A model generated the notes under the pieces. It was not told where the DNA came from. It saw only the letters and a list, made by a program, of their open reading frames with translations, and searched no databases. From the NCBI GenBank assembly GCA_020721205.1, contig DYNF01000003.1, forward strand, positions 15,038 to 79,037: a stretch of 64,000 bases of DNA, given 5' to 3'. Both the position numbers and the translations under genes were made by a program. Positions within the stretch are counted from its first letter, which is position 1. The number at the start of each line of letters is the position of its first letter. This document shows, in pieces, positions 58,430 to 64,000 of this stretch. This DNA is from Prochloron sp. SulCav_FS08_3_32_3330. Lineage in GTDB: Bacteria; Cyanobacteriota; Cyanobacteriia; Cyanobacteriales; DYNF01.

Positions 58430-61400
58430 TCGCAAAAACATTACTAAACATCTCGATCGCCTTGAGTTTGAATCCCTTTTTATTGAAGAATTAGGTTGGG
58501 ATTATCCCGAAGATAATACCGATAAATCTATTAATATTGATGAACAAATATTCACTTTAACTCCCATTGCTGAAAAACGGGGTTTTAATGTGTTTCTTTG
58601 CCTATTAGAAAATCAATCAATTCCCCTTTCTCCTACTCTCAAAAAAATAGATCAAGAAGTTAGTAAATATTCTTATGAACATTTTATTATTTATGTTTCA
58701 GAAATTGATAAAACTCAAAAATGGCAATGGATCAAAAAAGAAGTCAATAAACCTTTAGCTAATCGCACTGTGGAATATTCTACCCAGAAGAAAGAGGCTT
58801 TATTACAGGTATTAGATACCATTGCTGTTGACTTAGAGGAAGAAGAAAATCTTAATTTACTTGAAGTAAAATCAAAAGCAAAAAAAGCCTTTGATGTGGA
58901 TAAAGTTACTAAGAAATTCTATGATAAATTTAAGAAAGAACATAGTCAATTTTTAAGTTTTATTGAAGGCATAAATATAGATTTTGATCAAGAATGGTAT
59001 GCTTCTTTAATACTTAATCGTCTCATGTTTGTTTATTTTATCCAGAAAAAAGGCTTTTTAGATGGTAATATTAATTATCTACGAGATAAACTAAAAGCCC
59101 TCACCCCCCCAACCCCCCTCTCCCAAAGGGCGAGGGGGGAGTCAGACTCCTCTCAATTCTCCCCTCTCCCCGTGGGAGAGGGGCTGGGGGTGAGGGTTAA
59201 ATTTTACTCTTTCTATCGTTACTTTTTATTAAGATTATTTCATGATGGTTTAGGTAGTCAAAATCGCACCCCTGAATTAGATAATTTATTAGGAAAAGTA
59301 CCCTATTTAAACGGCGGTTTATTTGAAGTTCATCCTTTAGAAATTAAGTATCCTAATATTAATATTAAAGATTCTGCTTTTGAGCAAATTTTTACCTTTT
59401 TTGATCAATATAATTGGCATTTAGATGAGCGCCCTTTAAAACAAGATAATGAAATTAATCCTGATGTTTTAGGTTACATTTTTGAGAAATATATTAACCA
59501 AAAACAAATGGGGGCATATTATACTAAAGAAGATATTACTGAATATATTAGTAAAAACTGCATTATTCCCTATTTATTTGATACGGTTAAACAAGATTTA
59601 TTAGGCTATTTATCACCAGAGGAAGTTAATCATAATTTAGGTTTTTATTTACTCCAAGAAAATCCCGATCGCTATATTTATTCAGCAGTTAAAAAAGGTG
59701 TAGATTTACCTTTACCTGATGATATTACTAAAGGAATAAATGATGTTTCTCAACGTAATAATTGGAATATTCCTGCGGATGAAAATTATGGTTTACCTAC
59801 TGAATTATGGCGAGAATTTATTGCAAGGAGAAATCGCTGTTTAGAAATAAGAGAAAAATTAACTAAGGGTGAAATTACGAATATTAATGATTTAATTACC
59901 TATAATCTTAATATTCGTCAATTTGCTCAAGATGCTATTTCTAATCTTAATTCTCCCTTAATTCTCAATATTTTCTATCAGAAATTAGCCTCAATGTCTA
60001 TCTTAGATCCTACCTGTGGCAGTGGTGCTTTTTTATTTTCCGCCTTAAATATTCTTGAGCCTCTTTATGATGCTTGTTTAGAAAAAATGCAGGAATTTAC
60101 CCTCACCCCCCCAACCCCCCTCTCCCAAAGGGCGAAGGGGGAGTTAAGTCACTCACCCGGAGAGCGGGTGGAAAAGTGGGAAATTTCACCTGAGTTGGCA
60201 CAAAAAATGAAGGAAATTGCCCGTAAATTAAGGAAAGAAACCACTCCTAGCGAAAAAATCCTTTGGGAAGCATTAAAAAATCGCCAATTATGTCAGCAAA
60301 AATTTAGAAGACAACATCCAATCGGTGTTTTTGTTGTTGATTTTTATTGTCATGAAAAAAAATTAATTATTGAAATTGATGGCAGTATTCACAATTTACC
60401 TGAGCAAAAAATATTAGATCGTCAACGTCAAGAATTATTAGAATCTTTAGGGTTACGTTTCTTAAGAATTAGTAGTAAACAAGTAGAAACCGACTTACGA
60501 GAAACCTTAAAAATCATCGAAAAAAACCTTTTTTTATCCCCAGAATCAAACTCCCCCCTCGCCTCTTGGGAGAGGGGGGCTGGGGGGGTGAGGGCTAAAT
60601 TTCAAGGCATTTTAGCCAATATTAGAAGTCATAGTCATAATAGTAATGAAAATTCAGCGCGTAAATATTTTATCCTCAAAAATATCATACTTAATAATCT
60701 TTTTGGGGTGGATATTATGGAGGAAGCGACAGAAATTTGTAAGTTACGTTTATTCCTTAAATTAGCTTCTCAAGTTACCTCTAATCCTAATAATAAAAAT
60801 TATGGAATTGAGCCTTTACCTGATATTGATTTTAATATCCGTTGTGGTAATAGTTTAGTCGGTTTTGCTAATTATCAGGAAGTGGAAAAAGCCGTTAAAG
60901 GTGATAGTCAAACTAAGTTAGATTTATTTGATGATATGAGTATTATCAATGATAAAGCTAAAGCTGTGAGTGAGGTTTATCAAACTTTTAGATCTATGCA
61001 AACTCAATCGGATAATGGGATTAATTTTCGGGAAACTAAACAGAAATTACAGGCAAGTTTAGCTGGTTTAAATGATGAATTAAATCAATATTTAGCAAGG
61101 GAATATGGGATAGATATTAAGAAGAAAAAAGAGTTTGAAAAATGGTTAATTTCTCATCAACCTTTCCACTGGTTTACGGAGTTTTATTCGATTATTAATC
61201 ATGGAGGTTTTGATGTGATTATTGGTAATCCTCCTTATGTTGAATATAAAGATATTAAAACAAATTATCAACCTATTAATTATATTACAAAAACTTGCAG
61301 TAATCTTTTTGTATATATTTTAGAAAAATGTACATTTTTAAGTCATCAAAATTCTTATATTGGTATGATTATTCCTTTAAGTGCATTTAGCACTGATAGA

Positions 61401-62237
61401 ATGACACCATTAATTAATCATATTAAACAAACATCTTTAGAATTATATTTAGCTAATTTTAGTTGGCGACCCGGAAAACTTTTTGATGGTGTTAATTTAC
61501 AATTAACAATTTTACTTCAAAAAATGGGCTACAAAAATAATAACATTTATACAACTAAATATATTTTATGGGAATCTGAAACTCGTCCTCAATTATTTTC
61601 TAAAATTGAATTTACTGCAACTAATGATAATAGATTATCAGGCTCTATTCCAAAATTAGGTAATAAAAAAGGAGCTTTAATATTAGATAAGTTAAGAAAA
61701 GAAAAAAGCGAAATAGGACATTATTTTACAAAAAAATCAAATAATATTGTATTTTATAGAAGGGGAGGATTATATTGGAAGGTTTTTGTAGATTTTCCTA
61801 CAGAATCAAGTGAAGAAAAAATCATTTATCTTTTAGAAAATATTGACAAATATTTAATAGTTGCTGTTTTAAGTAGTAATCTTTGGTTTTGGTATTTTAC
61901 GATAACATCTGATTGTCGTCACTTAGGAAATAGAGATATTAATACTTTTCCACTTGATATTAAAAACTTATCCAATGAAATATACAAAAAACTTGCTTTT
62001 TTAGGAGAAAAATATGTCAATGACTTAAAATTAAACGCCGAAAATACAATAAGAGTTTATAAAGGGAAAAAATCAGTAGAATGTTTATCATTTAAAGTAA
62101 ATCAATCAAAACCAATAATAGATGAAATAGATAAAATATTAGCAGAACATTATGAATTTACAGAAGAAGAATTAGATTTTATAATTAATTATGATATTAA
62201 ATATCGGATGGGTAAAGAGTTGGGAGAAGAAGATTAA
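58407..62237 (+). CDS. Large Eco57I/COG1002-type N6-adenine (amino) DNA methyltransferase with TaqI_C-like specificity domain, carrying two in-frame TIR-element insertions
   Basis: Motif I ILDPTCGSGAFL (about 60000-60040), LFGVDI, motif IV NPPY (61226-61237). C-terminus EEELDFIINYD. Likely true start at ATG 58419 (MKINRK), as in the paralog remnant at 10640. Confidence 0.85.
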   Translation: MNMNMKINRKNITKHLDRLEFESLFIEELGWDYPEDNTDKSINIDEQIFTLTPIAEKRGFNVFLCLLENQSIPLSPTLKKIDQEVSKYSYEHFIIYVSEIDKTQKWQWIKKEVNKPLANRTVEYSTQKKEALLQVLDTIAVDLEEEENLNLLEVKSKAKKAFDVDKVTKKFYDKFKKEHSQFLSFIEGINIDFDQEWYASLILNRLMFVYFIQKKGFLDGNINYLRDKLKALTPPTPLSQRARGESDSSQFSPLPVGEGLGVRVKFYSFYRYFLLRLFHDGLGSQNRTPELDNLLGKVPYLNGGLFEVHPLEIKYPNINIKDSAFEQIFTFFDQYNWHLDERPLKQDNEINPDVLGYIFEKYINQKQMGAYYTKEDITEYISKNCIIPYLFDTVKQDLLGYLSPEEVNHNLGFYLLQENPDRYIYSAVKKGVDLPLPDDITKGINDVSQRNNWNIPADENYGLPTELWREFIARRNRCLEIREKLTKGEITNINDLITYNLNIRQFAQDAISNLNSPLILNIFYQKLASMSILDPTCGSGAFLFSALNILEPLYDACLEKMQEFTLTPPTPLSQRAKGELSHSPGERVEKWEISPELAQKMKEIARKLRKETTPSEKILWEALKNRQLCQQKFRRQHPIGVFVVDFYCHEKKLIIEIDGSIHNLPEQKILDRQRQELLESLGLRFLRISSKQVETDLRETLKIIEKNLFLSPESNSPLASWERGAGGVRAKFQGILANIRSHSHNSNENSARKYFILKNIILNNLFGVDIMEEATEICKLRLFLKLASQVTSNPNNKNYGIEPLPDIDFNIRCGNSLVGFANYQEVEKAVKGDSQTKLDLFDDMSIINDKAKAVSEVYQTFRSMQTQSDNGINFRETKQKLQASLAGLNDELNQYLAREYGIDIKKKKEFEKWLISHQPFHWFTEFYSIINHGGFDVIIGNPPYVEYKDIKTNYQPINYITKTCSNLFVYILEKCTFLSHQNSYIGMIIPLSAFSTDRMTPLINHIKQTSLELYLANFSWRPGKLFDGVNLQLTILLQKMGYKNNNIYTTKYILWESETRPQLFSKIEFTATNDNRLSGSIPKLGNKKGALILDKLRKEKSEIGHYFTKKSNNIVFYRRGGLYWKVFVDFPTESSEEKIIYLLENIDKYLIVAVLSSNLWFWYFTITSDCRHLGNRDINTFPLDIKNLSNEIYKKLAFLGEKYVNDLKLNAENTIRVYKGKKSVECLSFKVNQSKPIIDEIDKILAEHYEFTEEELDFIINYDIKYRMGKELGEED
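59098..59196 (+). mobile_element. 99-bp GC-rich TIR-only element (MITE form) inside the methyltransferase ORF, in frame
   Basis: Arms CCCTCACCCCCCCAACCCCCCTCTCCCAAAGGGCGAGGGGGGAG (59098-59141) and CCCCTCTCCCCGTGGGAGAGGGGCTGGGGGTGAGGG (59161-59196) are imperfect reverse complements. Encodes LTPPTPLSQRARGESDSSQFSPLPVGEGLGVR. Confidence 0.8.
60100..60594 (+). mobile_element. 495-bp TIR element encoding a DUF559 (Vsr-fold) endonuclease, inserted in frame in the methyltransferase
   Basis: Same arms as the 99-bp element (60100-60143, 60551-60594). Internal translation MKEIARKLRKETTPSEKILWEALKNRQLCQQKFRRQHPIGVFVVDFYCHEKKLIIEIDGSIHN...LGLRFLRISSKQV. Confidence 0.8.
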
Positions 62238-62356
62238 AATAAGTTTGAAAAGTCGGGGATTTTGGGAATCTCTGACTTTTGAGATAACAAGTAAAAATAC
62301 TTGTGATATAATGATAATTAAACATTAAAAAATTAAACATTAAAAAGGAAGTAAAA

Positions 62357-62569
62357 ATGACATTAACTCAACTAATACCAACTATTCATAACTTAAATCG
62401 TAGTGATAAAATACAACTATTACAAATAATAGTCAATGATTTAGCCGAAGAAGAAAAAAACTTAGGCTTAAAGCATAACGAAGATTATCCTATTTATTCC
62501 CCATTAAACGCTTTTTCTGCGGCAGATACCTTATTAAAATTATTAGAAGAACATCAAAAAAATGATTAA
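62357..62569 (+). CDS. Small hypothetical protein, partner of the retropepsin-like gene
   Basis: 70 aa. 8-nt overlap with the next ORF. Confidence 0.5.
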   Translation: MTLTQLIPTIHNLNRSDKIQLLQIIVNDLAEEEKNLGLKHNEDYPIYSPLNAFSAADTLLKLLEEHQKND

Positions 62570-62978
62570 ATCTCAAAGATTTTCTTATCAACAAATTAAC
62601 CAAAGAATAGGAGAAGCAGGTTATCTACCTTTTCTTCCTATTACATTAATTAATGATCATAATTCATTAACAGTTTCAGGATTATTAGATAGCGGTGCAA
62701 CAGTTAATGTATTACCCTATAATTTAGGCAGACAATTAGGCTTAGAATGGGAAAAACAAACAATTTCTATGAATCTAACCGGAAATTTAGCTAATTACGA
62801 ATCAAGAGCAGTTTTATTAACAGGAAAAATTAACGATTTAGCACCTTTCAATTTAGCATTTGCTTGGACAAAAGCCGAAAATATCTCTTTAATATTAGGA
62901 CAAGTTAATTTTTTTATAGAATTTGATGTTTGTTTTTATCGTTCTCAATTATTATTTGAAATAACACCTAAACGATGA
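62562..62978 (+). CDS. Retropepsin-like (clan AA) aspartic protease
   Basis: LLDSGATVNVLP active-site motif. 138 aa. Confidence 0.7.
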   Translation: MIKSQRFSYQQINQRIGEAGYLPFLPITLINDHNSLTVSGLLDSGATVNVLPYNLGRQLGLEWEKQTISMNLTGNLANYESRAVLLTGKINDLAPFNLAFAWTKAENISLILGQVNFFIEFDVCFYRSQLLFEITPKR

Positions 62979-62997
62979 AATAGAGTGCTTTACATCT

Positions 62998-63110
62998 AGG
63001 GAGGAAGTTGGGAGAAGAAGATTAAAATAAGTTTGAAAAGTCGGGGTATTTGTTAAATCTAGTTACTTTTGAGTGTTATTAAATGAATAATGATGTTATA
63101 ATCAAAAAAG
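62998..63110 (+). repeat. Second copy of the methyltransferase 3'-end/downstream junction
   Basis: 63007-63046 is identical over 40 nt to 62219-62258 (GTTGGGAGAAGAAGATTAAAATAAGTTTGAAAAGTCGGGG). Similarity continues more weakly for about 60 nt. Confidence 0.85.
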
Positions 63111-63129
63111 ATTTCATAATGAGGTAACA

Positions 63130-63369
63130 ATGAAAACATTAATTAAACTAAAAATAGAAAGATTTACCGAAAAAGATGAAGAATATTTTGTCGCCACCAG
63201 TGACGATTTAAAAGGTTTAGTTGCTGAAGGTAAAACAATCAAAGAAGTAATAGAAATTGCTGAAGATCTTGCCAAAATATTATTAGAATTAGAAAAAGAA
63301 ACATCCAATCTAACTATTAATCAGAATATTCCTAATATTATTGAATATCCCTTATTAATGGAGGTATAA
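63130..63369 (+). CDS. hicB: HicB-family antitoxin
   Basis: EEYFVATSDDLKGLVAEGKTIKEVIEIAEDLAKILLE (UPF0150/HicB N-domain). Confidence 0.8.
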   Translation: MKTLIKLKIERFTEKDEEYFVATSDDLKGLVAEGKTIKEVIEIAEDLAKILLELEKETSNLTINQNIPNIIEYPLLMEV

Positions 63370-63590
63370 TGGGCAGACTATCAGGGTTTTCTTACCAAAA
63401 AGTTACTCAAAAATTAAATAAATTAGGGTTTAAATTTTATCGTAGTGCCAAAGGAGACCATGAAATTTGGTTTAATCCAGAAACTAAAGCTAAAACAACT
63501 ATTCCTCATCATCGAGAAATTAAAGAAGGCACATTAAGAAATATTTTAAAACAAGCACAAATAGAGGTAGATTTATTTCTTAATACTTAA
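63369..63590 (+). CDS. hicA: HicA-family mRNA interferase toxin
   Basis: SYQKVTQKLNKLGFKFYRSAKGDHEIWFNP...TIPHHREIKEGTLRNILKQA. Confidence 0.85.
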   Translation: MGRLSGFSYQKVTQKLNKLGFKFYRSAKGDHEIWFNPETKAKTTIPHHREIKEGTLRNILKQAQIEVDLFLNT

Positions 63591-63591
63591 T

Positions 63592-63704
63592 CTATAGATA
63601 AAATATTAGGGGAACATTACGGATTTACAGATGAAGAATTAGATTTTATCATTAATTATGATATTAAATATCGGATGGGTAAAGAGTTAGGAGAAGAAGA
63701 TTAA
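63592..63704 (+). pseudogene. Third copy of the methyltransferase 3' end (last about 37 codons plus stop), detached remnant
   Basis: Aligns to 62124-62237 at about 92 percent identity by eye. Encodes IDKILGEHYGFTDEELDFIINYDIKYRMGKELGEED, and begins 1 nt after the hicA stop. Confidence 0.85.
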
Positions 63705-63748
63705 CTTGAAAAAATTAAGCTTAATTAAGCTTTCTGTGTTAGCATATT

Positions 63749-63886
63749 ATGTCAAAGGCAATTATTTATCGCATTGATGAAGATGCAATCATCATTATTG
63801 AAGTTTTTAAGAAAACTACCAATAAAACCCCCAAAAAAGTAATCGAAATTTGTCAAAAAAGATTAAAACAATATGATTTAATTTAA
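63749..63886 (+). pseudogene. N-terminally truncated RelE/HigB (Gp49-like) toxin remnant, 45 aa
   Basis: Own translation MSKAIIYRIDEDAIIIIEVFKKTTNKTPKKVIEICQKRLKQYDLI, which is the C-terminal half of Gp49-like toxins. Confidence 0.6.
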
Positions 63887-63898
63887 AGGAAAAGAATT

Positions 63899-64000
63899 AT
63901 GGATTTAGAGAAAAAACAACGCTTAGAAGCCCAAGGTTGGCAAGTAGGGCGTTTTCATTCTCGGGGGAAAATTGTTAGCCCTCACCCCCTCTCCCAAGGG
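63899..64000 (+). pseudogene. HigA/XRE-like antitoxin 5' part, apparently interrupted by another GC-rich TIR element (arm from 63979)
   Basis: MDLEKKQRLEAQGWQVG then unrelated RFHSRGKIVS, followed by CCCTCACCCCCTCTCCCAAGGG at the window end. Confidence 0.5.

Noticed and set aside
60150-60540. Vsr-type very-short-patch repair endonuclease functionally paired with its methyltransferase (Dcm/Vsr analogy)
   Set aside because: The host enzyme has NPPY (an amino-methyltransferase), not the C5-cytosine PCQ/ENV motifs. The DUF559 segment is bounded by TIRs like a mobile element.
60100-60594. Intein interpretation of the in-frame endonuclease insert
   Set aside because: There is no Cys/Ser/Thr at the N-junction and no His-Asn plus nucleophile at the C-junction. 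There are no Hint-domain blocks. The boundaries are nucleotide-level inverted repeats shared with a 99-bp non-coding-size copy.
53576-62237. Complete DISARM or BREX system
   Set aside because: No DrmA/DrmB (DUF1998) and no PglZ, BrxC or BrxL-like ORFs are in the window. Only the helicase/PLD and methyltransferase components are present.

Overview
AT-rich cyanobacterial chromosome segment. The assignment rests on frequent HIP1 GCGATCGC sites (e.g. 1712-1719) and on cyanobacteria-typical genes: acsF, a GUN4 domain, CpcT-like, COP23-like and an RRM Rbp protein. A Cyanobacterium/Geminocystis-like unicellular lineage is only an inference. Most of 1-53,500 is housekeeping: tsaC, larC, rpmB, folP, dnaX, rnhA, uvrC, tsaB, two ArnT/PMT-like glycosyltransferases, an ABC exporter with two paralogous giant permeases, a Ser/Thr kinase, a hybrid His kinase and an SLC13 permease. 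This part is heavily peppered with small intergenic repeat families. No rRNA, tRNA or CRISPR array was recognised. Three regions stand out. (1) 15.87-20.27 kb holds an IS200/Y1-type REP-associated tyrosine transposase (RAYT), flanked in inverted orientation by about 13 copies of a 68-bp hairpin REP. A second REP cluster brackets a two-gene accessory segment. (2) 43.96-46.3 kb holds a tight ParA-like ATPase / unknown / Mrr-cat nuclease operon plus a Uma2 nuclease. (3) 53.6-64 kb is a defense island. It carries an HKD(PLD)-nuclease-SNF2 helicase fusion and a 1276-aa NPPY amino-methyltransferase, separated and followed by toxin-antitoxin cassettes (vapBC remnant, mazEF, hicBA, higBA remnant, retropepsin-like pair). 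The most unusual observation is inside that methyltransferase ORF. It is interrupted, yet kept in frame, by two GC-rich terminal-inverted-repeat elements: 99 bp, and 495 bp encoding a DUF559/Vsr-fold endonuclease. A third copy starts at the window end. The 3' end of the methyltransferase gene is also repeated three times, each copy bordering a different TA cassette. This suggests cassette accretion at the gene terminus. All family assignments come from reading motifs by eye; no database search was possible.
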